Positions 22,598 through 35,402 of a stretch of 64,000 nt of DNA are shown here, in pieces. This stretch comes from Paraspadella gotoi (Eukaryota > Animalia > Chaetognatha): positions 1,230,262-1,294,261 of the forward strand of contig JBJCIZ010000744.1 in the NCBI GenBank assembly GCA_051294375.1. The letters run 5' to 3'. Below the pieces are notes generated by a model that worked only from the letters and a program-made list of their open reading frames with translations, searched no databases and had not been told where the DNA came from. The position numbers and the translations under genes are program-made. Position 1 is the first letter of the stretch. Every line of letters begins with the position of its first letter.

Positions 22598-25500
22598 GCG
22601 AGTGGCTAGAGTCAATTTCTCTCACGCATTCCGTTTGAAAAAATATCCCCCCACTTTTCCTTGCATTTTATTCTTAGGTTAATTTCCTGTTTCGATAGAT
22701 AATCTTAAAATATATTAATGTATCTCATATTTATCTAGTGTAACAAAAATACATAAAATACCATATTTATGAGATTATTTATTAGTTTTTCAAACAAACT
22801 CGCTCTCATTTGGTTTAGCATAATATAATTAAGCATGCAGAGTATAAGGGACCCGAGTATTCATTAAATAAGTTAAATATGTAACAACATTCAAAACAAA
22901 AATAAAACCCCATATCTCCCGCTATTCCCCCCCCCAAAAAAAGGGCCCAAACTTTAGGCCAAAGTGAAAACAACTCCATGGCGACCGCCCTTCTCTTGGC
23001 CACGCCCATTTCTCCCCGAAAACCAACCTGAAAATTAAGCCCGTCTTGAAGCGAAGTGGCCAACGGGCTGCCGGATCCGACCGGCGTCGTGGGCCCCGTC
23101 CCCGGCGCAGCGTCGCCGTTTCCCGCCGCGGCGGGGCCGCCGTCGCCGGGAAAGAAGAGGGAGGAGGCGGAGCCCTGGCCGAAGGCTTCGTTCTGAGGTG
23201 CGTGGCGCATCTTGATCGAGACGCCCGCCAAGTCGCATTGGCCGAGAATGAAGATGCCCAGGATGGAAGTCTCCGAGGGTTTCGTCAGAGCGATCACTTT
23301 CCATTCCTTCGCGAGAGAGAAAAAAAAAGAAATTAAATGAATGAAATTGGTACAACCAATATCAAAATATATCCCTTCATTTAATGAATAAGCCATCTTG
23401 TCCCTGACTTCGGACAGGCTATGGTGGTTTAAGTCCTCCATCAATCTTATAAGATAATAACAGACTCTCTCTGGCTTCCTTTTCAATAAAGTAGTATAAT
23501 ATGTTAAAGTATGATTCAATTGTAAAAAAAAAAGACCACTCCCTTAAGTATTAGATCGAGGAATACCATATTTTACCTTGCACTATCATTAAAATACATG
23601 AAATCACTAAAATACATATTAAATCATTTAAGTTATTAATTAAAAAAAAAAGAAGAAGAAAGAACGGACTTGCTCTTGAGTGGCTGAGTATTTTGATTTC
23701 TTCAAATGCTTTCTATTTCCGTGGGTCTTTTGTTTGAAAGGCACATTAGGGTTGAGATCGGAGGATGAGGAGAAACCGTTGCCCGATTTCCCGTTGGTTC
23801 TGTAAGGGACGTCGGAGTCGGAATCCCCGACGCCACCGTGACCGTTTTTGGGCGAAGTGTCCAGGGGGAAATCGACTGGGGAAGGGGAGGCAAAAAAAAT
23901 GTTAGGATTAAGAGGCCACGATGTAAGAATTAAAGGCCAAACAATAGAAATGATAGGCCAAGATGCGAGGAAAAAAAACATGACATGGTTCGGCTCAAAT
24001 TGAGAGCCTTCATCAGCGGGAAATAGATTGTAAAAAATTTGTAAAAAATATAGTTAAAAATATAGAGCTCAAAATAGAACTGGCCCCCTGGCCGGCCTCC
24101 CGCTTTGGCAAAGGAGAGACAGAGGCGGCGTGGCCACTGGCCACCTCTATTTCGAGCTCTATCTTTTTCTTATTTTTCAGTGTTTTTTTACTGTACCTAC
24201 CATTGGACTATATTTTCACCCTCCCTCATTCATATCTAACCTTTTCTTCAGCAGTCCTCATCTCTAATATCTGTTCTCTCAAAAATTGCTGGTTGGAAAC
24301 TTGACGTATCTCTCTCCCTCCCTATCTCTATCTCTCTCTGTAAAAGATTTTTCACAATTTGGCGCTGATGAAGGCTCAAAATTTGATCCGAAACATGTCC
24401 GTATTTTACATGTTTTAAATAAATCGTTGGGTGTAGTCAACTAAAATTTTTTTCCCCGATTTTTCTGCCTCAAGGTTTTAACTTTTATACTTGTTTAAAA
24501 AAATGACTAAAATGAAAGAATTAAAAGTCAAACTAAACGAATGAATGTCAAGTGTAGGAAGGCAAGGCACAGGTATAACTAAAGCCCATCTAAAAATACG
24601 ATAATTTAGATAAACAATTACAAAATAAACCTTTTTTTTCTCCAACTCAATTAACTCGTTTCCTTCCCGACACCAACCCCATTCAACTCGCCCCATTCGA
24701 ACCCAACCCTCACCCGATTTGTACGACGAATCCGTCCCGCTGTGAAGCGACTCGTCGCTCTCGCTCCGCGACCCGTTGCCGCCGACGCCGAGCCGGTTGG
24801 CGGAATGCTCGTTCCTGACCATGGTGCGCTTGTTGGTCGTCCGCTTGTAATCCCGGATGATCTCCGAGTTGTTGAGGGCGGCGGAGTCGTCGTCGTCGTT
24901 GCACTCGAGGCAGTCGTGGAGAGTGTTGTCCGAGTGGAGGTAGAGGAGGTTGACGTCGTTCTCCACGGCCTCCTCGAGGCGGTCGCGGTTCCCGCGGATG
25001 CTCTTCTTGAGCCAGTCGAGGACGAGGGCGGAGACGCGGTCTTCGTTTAAGGAGCGGGAGTCGCGTTCGTTCGTCGAGACGATCTCCACTTTCACCTTTG
25101 GGGGGGGGAGGTGGCGGGGAAGGGGGGAGGAAGATGTTGAGGGAAATTATTGGATTATTTGATAAAATAAATCCAAGTTTTAATCGTTAATAAATTATCG
25201 TCGTGGCATTTATATTTTTTTTTGGGTACGAGTGGAACCGAGGGTTATCGCAATCGTTGTTCTAGAATCGAAAAAGCACGGTGAGTACTATGTAGGTTTC
25301 AACAATAATTTAAATAAAATTGAGATAATTTATCGTAAAATGAATGAGATCCAGTAGGCAGATCATCATACTAATAATAAATCAACAGATGAAACCTTGA
25401 CAATCTGGAGTCTGATCTTTACATAAAGATGTTGATGAAAATAAGTCAATACTCAACGACGATGCATGCGATATAACGAGCGATCGTTTAAACAAAATGT

Positions 25501-27074
25501 ATAAATCATTCAAGTTTTCAAATCTAAAAACCAAAACATCACTGTAAAAAAAAAAAACTGACCTTGGGCATGGAGCGGAACTCGTGACTCTCTTCGATGA
25601 CCCGGATGAGGGAGTCACGGATGAAACTGTCTGCGCGTGAAGAGAGACTCTCGTCGTAGTGAGAGTTGGCGAATCGACGGATGCCGAGACAATTCTCCAC
25701 CGAGAGGCGAGCGATCAGATATTGCCCACAAATGGAGACAGGGGTCTTCATCTGGGCAAGAATTTTTTTGTTTTCTTTATCTCACGAACATTTGTACAAA
25801 TTATTTCACAATGAAATGAGTAATAAAAGATAATAGAATTAAAAAAATAATAAAAGATAATTAAAATTATGTGAATGATTTGAAATTATTCAAAATTAAG
25901 TCGAAAAGGAGTAAAAAGCATGAACATGAAAATTTTTTATAATTCGCGAATGATTTGCGCCCTCTTCTAATTTTAACCTTTTTTAAAAATATTTTTATTT
26001 GTATATTTGAAAATATTAATTCTTGCGCACTTCTTTGTTTGTAAACACTCATTGCTAGATAATTTAACAAACTTAACAATTAGCAAAAAAAAATATTTAT
26101 GAGCATTTGTTAAATGCCGCAATATGCCCCCATCTGTAATACCCCCACCCTTTCTCACCTTCAAGACGAGCGCCGTCTTGTAAACAGCCTTGACCTTCTC
26201 GGCGTCGACCTCCAGCCTCGAGGTGTAGGCGTAGTTGAGCAGCGCCTCGAAGGCAGCGAGATCGAACTGCTCGTCCATCTTATAAAAGAAAGGGAGACTC
26301 TTCTGATCGGATTCTTGAGACTCGGAGAACAACTCGTAGAAGAAGCGACTCTGAGAGGCGAGGACGGCGCGGTGGACGTGGAGGTCCGCGTGGTCCACTT
26401 GGAGAATGACGTCGCAAAAATCCCGGTTGCGACGGAGGGTGTTCAAGCTGAAGGGTGTGGAAAAGGGTGGGGTGTTGAGGTTGAGAAACGCATGAGAATT
26501 ACTGGTTTCGGGCGAGTCAGATATAACGACAATGTCTTGTCGAAATATATTTGGAAATATGACAGGGGGGGGGGAAATATCGAACCTAATGTAATTTACT
26601 GCTTTATGCAAATGATGTTAAAGAACTCAATCGATTTAATAGGTTAACAAAGCTTCCGAAATAAGTAAATACTTCAGTATCGAAAATCAAGTCAATAAAT
26701 CTCCAAAGCCATACGTCTGTTTATATGTCTTTTATCATCTCTTTTCCAAAGCGTCTCACAGATTAAATGTAGCAGTTTTATATATGCGATTTTATTCGAA
26801 TACAACGAGGTTGATTCAGTACAATTCATTTGAATATTGTCGTGTTTGGATTACGTATTGAAAAAATTCTATGCTAGTACCGCTCATCAATAACAAATAT
26901 TAAATAAATAATTAATAAATAAGAAAGTGCAAACCTAGACAGCGCCGAGTCCTTGTGTTTGGGATCGAGAAAAAGAAGTTTGTCGTCGTCTCGATCGTCG
27001 ACGACTTTGATGTCCTCAACTCGATCCGCGTCCATGAGTTCGGATCCAACTCGCGCTCGACCGTTGATGGGCAT
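18773..27074 (-). CDS. IVNS1ABP: Influenza NS1A-binding protein homolog (BTB-BACK-Kelch)
   Basis: N-terminal LLFLD..DSALS-LNTLRRNRDFCDVILQV BTB, BACK exon (ENCLGIRRFA), family-typical LYLHSDNTLHDC and EWKVIA segments, and Kelch repeats with GG motifs. About 11 exons with consistent phases. Confidence 0.88.
20210..20310 (-). repeat. Family E fragment beginning TGTAGCGGTA
   Basis: Shares CCGGTGGCTC..TCATCAGCT with the 12.8 kb and 39.9 kb copies. Its 5' terminus resembles the family A terminus TGTGGCGGTA. Confidence 0.55.
23341..23566 (-). repeat. Family B dispersed repeat copy
   Basis: Reverse complement of 46875-47156 with substitutions. Confidence 0.8.
23979..24020 (-). ncRNA. Minimal type-I hammerhead ribozyme, degenerate (GAAC instead of GAAA)
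   Basis: CUGAUGA-A-GGCUC-loop-GAGCC-GAAC-CAUG-UC on the minus strand. Confidence 0.65.
24361..24403 (+). ncRNA. Minimal type-I hammerhead ribozyme (Penelope-like pLTR type)
   Basis: GGCG-CUGAUGA-A-GGCUC-AAAAUUU-GAUCC-GAAA-CAUG-UC-CGU. Stem III is the palindrome ACAUGU. It is followed by AATAAATCGTTG. Confidence 0.8.
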
Positions 27075-29844
27075 CGTCTCGTTCTCTGTCGGAGATGCTG
27101 TCTCCGTCTCTAGATGATCGCGAATCGAAGGAAGCGGAAAATGTTCGGGGAGGCAGAGAGAGGGAGAGAGAGAGAAAGAAAATCAGTTGAAGATCGCGCG
27201 TAGCAACGTCGCGGCAGAGTACGCGATTAAAAAAAATATTAGGCAATTGTGTATTTTTTTAAATTTTTTTTTAAAGCGAAGTGAGTCTTCCTTGCGTTAC
27301 GGAGTTCATAACAAGTATATATCACATTTGCGAAGGAACTACAGTTAAAAAAAATTTAAAAAATTAAAAAAATATTGACGGAGTATTAAAAAAAAGATTT
27401 CACAAAAAAAGTGACCTTCATCGCGAGTTTCCTTTCGACGAAACAAGTTCAGGCCTGCGTCTTGTTAAAAACATTAACTCTCACTCCCTTTCTCACTCTC
27501 TTTCTCACTCACTTTCTCACTCTCTTTCTCACTCACTTTCTCACTCACTTCTCACTCACTTTCTCACTCTCTCCTCACTCTCTTTCTCACTCTCTTTCTC
27601 ACTCTCTTCTCACTCTCTTTCTCACTCTGCGGAGTCAAAACGCGACGCGACATCAAAAAAAAAATATTGAATTGAAAACACTTAATCCTTTTCCCCCTCC
27701 CCCCTTTTTGACTTTATCAGATCCTCCCCTCCCCCCCATGTCGCTTACTTGAAAATGTCGAGAGAAGGCTCGAGCGCTTGTCGAAGGAATACAGGCGAAT
27801 CTTTCTCGACTTTTCTTTTTATTTCCTTTTTATTTTTGGTTCAGCGCAAAAAAAATAAGAGAAGGAAAAGATCGATTTTTTTTTGTTGTTTTCCTTTTCG
27901 TCGGATCGAAAAATCGAATAGAGAAGAAAAGAGAAGAGAAAAATAGAGAAGAAAAGAGAAGAGAAACGTCGATTGGCTTTTTTTTTCTTACGTAACGGGT
28001 GACACTAGTTGTTGTTGTTTTTGTTGTTGTCCCGCGGATCGAAGTCAGAGTTTGAAAGAGAAAAGTTCGATGACGACGACGACGACCCCAAATTCCATCT
28101 CTCGCACGAAATACACTGTGTGGGGAGAACAAGAATACTGTGGTCAAAAAGATGCACAGTAAAGGGAAATTTAACATATTACGTTTAGTTTTTTTTTTAA
28201 AAAGCGACAGGCAATAAAATTGATTAATGAATAGGTAAAATTGGTCAATTATACAAATTTACCATATCTTAATTTTATTTTTTTTAACTAATATTGTACT
28301 AATACTTCACCAAAAACTAATACACAATGAACTTTAGTTTTATTTAACACGTTTATAAATAATTAAATATTTGATATTAAGCTTTATTACAAAACACTAA
28401 TAATTTGATAATTTAAAATTGCAAGTCGCTATTTTAATTAATAAAATTAAATTACCGCGGAATGTTCTTGAAGCGAAGCTTGATTACAAAAATAATCCAG
28501 ATATCCAAGAGTGTAATTCTTTCGAAATATTTGTAGATATTAATTCTTCAATACAGTAAAAGTCACTTTTATATAATGACAATAATGAACTGAGAATGCT
28601 ACGTCTAGTTAAAATGGCCATTAACCAAAAAAATTACTTAACAATTAAAAACTATTTCAGTTTTAATTTTTGGAATTGCACGAACCAATTACATGTCAGC
28701 ATCGATACACGCTATCTACAAAATTAGGTTAAGCCAACAATAATCTAAATATTTTAGGGACGCATGCGAATATATTAAAGGTGAATTAGCCGAAGGTTTT
28801 TTTCTGACGAATTGCCGATCATGGATATTGGCTCTTGGACTCAAAAGACGACATCCTTTATTTTTCCTCAAGTATTTTAAATAAAAACTTAGTTAAAAAA
28901 ATAAATAATTGTAGCTGAATGTTATTAAAATCATAAAACGTTTCATTCATTTATTTTTAACTAAAAATAATAATAATAATACATTTTTATCTATATTATT
29001 TGTAAAACTCAAAAAGTGACTCTTACTTAATTGTGAAGTGATTTATAGACGCATTAAGGACGGATGATGATCAAATTTTGGTTCCAATGATATTTATTCA
29101 CAGAAAAGATAATCAATTCAGAATTCCAGACAATGAGCTCAGGTCTTTCGTGGGACAAAAGCGTGTATTTTTTTGGTTGGTCAAATTTGTCAAATTATTT
29201 TTTCAATTCGATTTATTACTTTTACTATAAGATTTTTTTTTAGACGCTTAAAATTTAAGATTAAGAACGCAAATTAAACCACGTGGTCTCATAACTAATA
29301 AATAATTGAATAATTAAAACGCAAATTAAACCACGTGGTCTCATAACTAATAAATATTTTTTTTTACAAAAAATACACTTCGTCCCTGTCGTCGACGGTA
29401 GCGATTTCGCCGGTTATCACTACAAATTATATCCAGTTGTTTTTTTTTTCCCAAAAAAATTAAAATTGATAAATGGATGAGAAGGAAAAAAAACTCGTTT
29501 CCTTTTTTCTTCCTTCTTTTTCGCCTCAAAACGATGAGCGGATTTGATTTCACACCCACTTTTTAAATTTTTTTTGAATGAAAACTCAATTTTTTAAATC
29601 TCAGGCACTTAAATATTTTCTTTTTTTGGGATCTTGCGTCGATTCCGATCCCAATAACCCATAGATTTTAAAGTTTGTATATAATTAAATTAATTAAAAC
29701 GAACGTTAAATATAGTCAGAGTTTTGACTTTCGACGCAGAGTCTGACCCGATCTCCCAGCGAGAGAGGGAGAGCGAGAGGGTGAGAGAGAGGGAGAGCGA
29801 GAGCGAGTGGGGACGACGCCGATGCCATTTTTTATTTCGATTCG

Positions 29845-30110
29845 AAGATTTAGATTTGGAGAGGGCCAACGGAGAGATTTAGATTTGAAGAGGGAGAACG
29901 GAGAGATTTAGATTTGATAGGGGGAAAGGAGAGATTTAGATTTTATAGGGGGAAAGGAGAGATTTAGATTTGGAGAGGGCGAACGGAGTGATTTAGATTT
30001 GGAGTGGGCGAACGGAGAGATTTAGATTAGAAGAGGCGAACGGAGAGATTTAGATTTGAAGAGGGCGAACGGAGAGATTTAGATTTGGAGTGGGCGAACG
30101 GAGAGATTTG
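29845..30110. repeat. ~30-bp tandem minisatellite
   Basis: About 9 imperfect copies of GGAGAGATTTAGATTTGGAGWGGGCGAAC. Confidence 0.9.
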
Positions 30111-30513
30111 AGACAGAAAAGGTTGCAAGAGATTTGTCTACTTTGAAATTTTCTCAGAGTTCCGTGATGGTTAAGCGAAGATTCGTGATTAAGCGCCTCA
30201 ATTATTTTTCTAACCTGCGGCCGCGAAAAAAAAACATCAAAAAACAAACTCGGGCGCAGATTTAGGAGAGANNNNNNNNNNAACCTGCAGCCGCGAAAAA
30301 AAACAAAAAAACAAACTCGGGGGCAGATTTAGGAGAGAGAAATTGATGGTTGGCCAAAGTGGCCAAAAGCCAACAACTATCCCTTTGGCCTGTAAGATGG
30401 GGTAAAATGGGCATTAAAAAATAAAACAAAACAAAAAACAGATCTTTTTAAAACAATTCATTAGTAGAAGAAGTTTGAATTTGTTTACAACAACGATTTT
30501 ATTGGTACATAGG

Positions 30514-30557
30514 GACGTACATGTTTCGGCTTTAAATTACAAGCCTTCTTCAGCGCC
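30514..30557 (-). ncRNA. Minimal type-I hammerhead ribozyme, intact core (Penelope-like pLTR type)
   Basis: GGCG-CUGAAGA-A-GGCUU-loop-AAGCC-GAAA-CAUG-UA-CGUC. Stems I and II pair and stem III is palindromic. The downstream AATAAAATCGTTG matches the 24.4 kb copy. Confidence 0.85.
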
Positions 30558-30604
30558 ATAGAAAATTGTTTGTGAATTTTACAAATTATTTGTGCAAAGG
30601 TAAA

Positions 30605-30664
<60 letters not shown>

Positions 30665-31721
30665 ATTCATTTAAAAATATCTCGCAGGTCATGGATATTG
30701 GCGAATAAAAAGAACCATTGCAACTAAAAAGCTTTTTTTCCTATGTTTCGCCCGCGCGACAGAAATTAATGATTCGACCCTCGACTTTTGCTGACGTAAA
30801 GATTAGATGGATGATTGATAAGAACTTTACCAATTAGTTTACAGAGAGTTCCGTAAAATTACTTTATAACCACTTAATTTAAAATTTTGTTATCGCAAAA
30901 TACAAAATATTGTGGCAATTATTCGAGTTGCCACAATATATTCGTTGTTAATTTTCACGAAAACTGGCGAAGGTCGAACGAACGAAAAAAAACAAAAAAA
31001 AACAAAAAAACTAAATGTTCAAAATAATTAACACAGTACCTTTAATGGAAATTATTAAAAATTGATTTTTTTAAAATTTTAAACACACTTTCCTTGGCGA
31101 AAAACTAAACGACGTAAAAAATAAATCGAAATCCGCGCAATAAAAAAATGGACGACGAAAATAAAAAGAGAAAAAAATAGTGAAGAGATCAAAGTTTCCT
31201 CGATTTTCCGACAAATACCTAAAAATAACTTTTCATTCTAAAATCACACACAAACTTAAATCTTATCTTTAAATTTTATATTAGATCAGACTTGAAATCG
31301 AATCGGGTCACTGTCAGTTTAGCGCTTCATAGCTGCTCGCCCTCTATTAATATGAATATAACCTTTTTAAACATCAACCTTTCTTTATTCTCGATCTTCA
31401 AATCTATCAGGGCCTTTTCTTCATCATTTTCCGACTAAAACCTTCATCTTACATCTCTATCAGATAAATCTCAGTTCCCTATCATTTAAACTCTCCCCCG
31501 CCAACTACAACCGATCAATTTCCATTCTACCGATCGACCCCTTGCCCCTTTCCCCCTCCCAGCCCTATTGCCCCACTCTTGACTCTGGATCGAATCCGTC
31601 CCAATTAAATCAAAAGACTAATTCGATCCTTCTGCTCAATTTTTTTTCCTCGATCCCTCGCGATTCTTTTTCGCGATTCGAAATTCTTCTTACAAGTGGT
31701 TGATGTTTTATATCGCGAACG

Positions 31722-32394
31722 TCAATCCCATTTATTGCTCAAAATGCTAAAACCTTTCCCCTTGCTTTTTTCGTTACCTTTGCTGCAAATCAATTGATAA
31801 GAATTTTTAACCAATTTTTTGGTTTTCATGGTGGAAAGATTTCGAGCATCAGTGAACCAGCGGGTAGTAAAATCGCCGCCTTTAAGCTGCCGAAAATGTT
31901 TCGTATACATTGGACGAGTCATCTTCGTGTCCGAGCCTTTTCGAAAGTGGCCACGTCTTCTCTGAAAGACGGAGATAATTCGTGTCGAAGTAACGAAACA
32001 TTCTAACCTCATTTCCGTTAAAGTCGAAAGATTTCTTGAAAAACTCGAGTTCTATGGCAACAGCCGGGTTGTCTGTGATGCCCATTGGGGCATCTCACTG
32101 TTGGCTTTGGGGGCTTCCGACCCTCAGTGACGCCTCCAGTCACTGGCGCGGTTACCCGAGGACGGGTCTCGCTTTGCCAACGCAGAGGGAAGTCGTTAGG
32201 AATGTGGATAGAACGCAACGCCTAGAATGGGATTGGCTGAACGATGGTGGACGTGAGGCGGTGTGAATATACTACCACAGTTCCTTCGAAGCTAAATCCA
32301 ATCCTTCGCCCAGAATCAATTCATCCACGTTGGAATCGTTCAATTTCAACGGAGTCCAACATCGAACAGTTGTTGTTGTTGTTGTTGTTGACAT
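31722..32394 (-). pseudogene. Intronless ORF remnant, possibly Bro-N-like, split by a family A insertion
   Basis: Removing 32053-32279 plus one TSD joins [13 protein letters not shown]...LASKE to LEFFKKSFDFNGNEVRMF in frame. Frameshifted downstream. Confidence 0.45.
32053..32279 (-). mobile_element. Family A element (TGTGGTAG...GCCATA) with 4-bp TSD and twister-like core
   Basis: GTTC at 32049-32052 and 32280-32283. Nearly identical to 36691-36948. Confidence 0.88.
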
Positions 32395-32437
32395 AATTCA
32401 AAAATTAAAGGCGGGGCGCTGTTTCGTTTTTAGTCTG

Positions 32438-33560
32438 GATCTGCTTTATCAGCAGATCCGACTCTATAACTCACTTTTTATAACTCACTTTTTCGTCCGT
32501 CGGTCCGCCCCCTCAATATTGTCGGGCACACACTTATATCATGTCAGAACATCGGAATTATGATATAATTATGCAAAAAAAATGATGTCCGTCCGTCCGT
32601 TGTCGTCTCGTCCGTCCGTCCGTCCGTCCGTCCGTCGTCCGTCCGTCCGTCCGTCCGTCTCCCACCTTAGCAAAAAACACCAATTACTCGTGATTGGATG
32701 GATGATTTAAATGAAATTTGTGTGTGGATAGGTAAGTGTGTGATTGAGCTGGATATTAAGTTTCGATGGAATCGTCCGAGTGGAAATGAGTTTAAATGGA
32801 AAAAACAAAAAAAATATATTCACTATTTGAACACCAATTGCTCATGAGTGGATGGCTGAATTTGACCTGGAATTTTGTATGTGGGTAGGAAAGTTGTGTG
32901 ATTGAACAGGAAATCAAGTTTCGATGGAATAGTTTGAGTGGAAATGAGTTTAAATGGAAAAAAACAAAAAAACCTGTTTTACTAATTGATTATGCTTCTT
33001 TTCCCTTTATATTAAATGTATAACTGCAGGATGTATTAATAATCAAATAATTAATCAGTTAATTAATCAATTAGTAAATAAATTAATCAATTAATTAATT
33101 AATTAATCAATCAATCCGTCCATCCGTCCCATCTTAGCAAAAAGCTCCAATAACTCGTGATTGGCTGGTTGGATTGGAATTAAATTTTGTGTGTGGGTAG
33201 GAAAGTGTGTGATAAAAGCTGGATATAAAATTTCGCATGGAATCGTGTGAGTGGAAATTAGTTTAAATGGAAAAAAATATAAGTCGAATTTACTAAAATC
33301 TTTTTACTTATTTTAACCAATAAATACTCCAATTAATCATAATTGGATGGATAGATTGAGTTGAAATTTTGTGTGTGGTAGGAAAACGTATGACGAAGCT
33401 TGATATAAAGTTTCAGTGGAAACGTACCAGTGGAAATGAGTTTTAAATGAAAAAAATATGAGTCACATTTACTTGAATCTTTTTATTTATTTTAACCCAT
33501 GATAGATTGAGATGAAATTTTGTGAGCCGGTAGGAAAGTGAGTGAAGAAGCAAGTTGGAA
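32438..33560. mobile_element. DINE-1/HINE-like (Helentron-associated) non-autonomous element
   Basis: Terminal hairpin GGATCTGCT..AGCAGATCC, a (GTCC)n microsatellite at ~32588-32660, and internal ~160-180-bp repeated blocks (GAAATTTTGTGTG..GTAGGAAAG..AGTGGAAATGAGTTTAAATG). Classification by architecture only. Confidence 0.55.
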
Positions 33561-34070
33561 AAATTATGAAAAGTTGAAAAAAATGATGCAAGTTAAAAAA
33601 ATCTTTAAAAGATAAGGATCGTCGCTATTGCATAAAAAAGAGAGAGAGAGAGAGAGGAGAAAGAGAGAGTGAGAGAGAGAGAAAGAGAGAGAGTGAGAGA
33701 GAGAGAGAGAGAAGGAGACATAAAATAAAAAAAATCTTAAAAGACTCAAGATCGAGCCACGAGCCCACTATCATAAGAAATTAATTTGAAAAAAACCGGG
33801 AAAAAAACGAATGAATCATGCGATAACGAATTGTTGATGTACTAGTAATTGATTGAGGTAATACTAATTATTGATGTAATAGTAATTTATTGATGTAATA
33901 GGAATTGATTATTGATTCGATGATAATCAAATTATTGATGCGATGATAGTCATTCACTGCTGTGATGATAGTCATTCAGTGATTGCGATGATTGTCATTC
34001 ATTGATGCGATGATTGTCATTCATTGATGCGATGATAGTCAATAAAAAAACAAATGCGTGTATGAGTGAA

Positions 34071-34106
<36 letters not shown>

Positions 34107-34126
34107 AAGACGAGAGAGGAGAAAGA

Positions 34127-34171
<45 letters not shown>

Positions 34172-34488
34172 AAGAGAATAAATCCACGAAAATTTCGGAT
34201 GAAAATATGAGGATTTTGTATTGAAAAAAAGCGCGGAATAAATGGCAATAATAAAAAGTTTTTAGAAGGGAAAAAAATAATCAGAATTTTTCAAAAAACA
34301 AACGATCACGCAAAAGATCGACAGATAGGGACAGACACACACAGAGAGACAGAAGAGAGAGAGAGAGAGACAGGCCGCTGCAGAGAAAAAGAGAAAGAGA
34401 AAGAGCGATATATAATAATTGAAAGAGAGAGAGAGAGAGAGAGAAGCTCTCACAGCCCCTTTATCGTTAAAGAATCAGCAGTACTTAT

Positions 34489-34554
34489 GGCGCCGCACGT
34501 AGCGTGAGCTATTCTCTCACCCAAAGGACCCGGGTTCGCGCCCTGTTCGCGGCA
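34489..34554 (+). repeat. Possible tRNA-derived SINE head
   Basis: GC-rich island with B-box-like GGTTCGCGCCC after CTCTCACCCAAAGGACCCG. No full cloverleaf. Confidence 0.35.
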
Positions 34555-34608
34555 TCGTTTTTACATTAGTGAACCCACATATATATCTAAAAAAATTTTT
34601 TATAAAAA

Positions 34609-34647
<39 letters not shown>

Positions 34648-35289
34648 AAAGAAGCTGGACAGACGCTGCAGAGCCGGAACTCGTTTTTAAGAGAAGCAGT
34701 GACGGAGAAAAAGGAGAGAGAGCAGAGAGCGACATATAATTAAAACGTTTTTGTTTTGTAAATAAAACATAAAACAAATACCAATATTGATATGAAACAT
34801 GAGAATTTTAAAGATCTTGATGATTAGAAGCCATATATGGAAAATTTAACTCCCTATGATATCACACTTCAGAAGCCATGATTGCAAAAAAGCGAGACCG
34901 AAAGCTAAACCGAAAAAAAATCTAGACAGGACGGGCTTTGCCCGCCTGGCTCTGATAATAGAGGATATTTGTTTGTTTTGATAAAATGTAAACAAAACAT
35001 TTAATAACTGTCCTGACTCAATTTTAAGGACATCGATGATGACAAGCTGAATATAAATTATAATTAATCTATTAATTAATTAATTAATTAATCTATTAAT
35101 TAATTAATTAATCAATTAATTAATTAATTATCGTAGCAGATCCGACATTGTTTGCTCAAACTTGTTAAAATGCTGATAACAAATATTGATAAAAAATTTG
35201 GAAAACGGAAATACACGAAAAACGACGGTTTTTTTTTTAAATCCATTCAAACATTGAACAGTAAAAAGATTCACAGAGAGAGAGAGAGA

Positions 35290-35334
<45 letters not shown>

Positions 35335-35402
35335 GAGAGAGAGAGAGAGAGAGAGCGCTGCTTGAGAACAACATCAACCAACCCGAGCGTCTAGAAATGA
35401 TC

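Noticed and set aside
29845-30110. 30-bp periodic array as a CRISPR-like locus
   Set aside because: The units are contiguous degenerate repeats without unique spacers, the context is eukaryotic and there are no cas genes.
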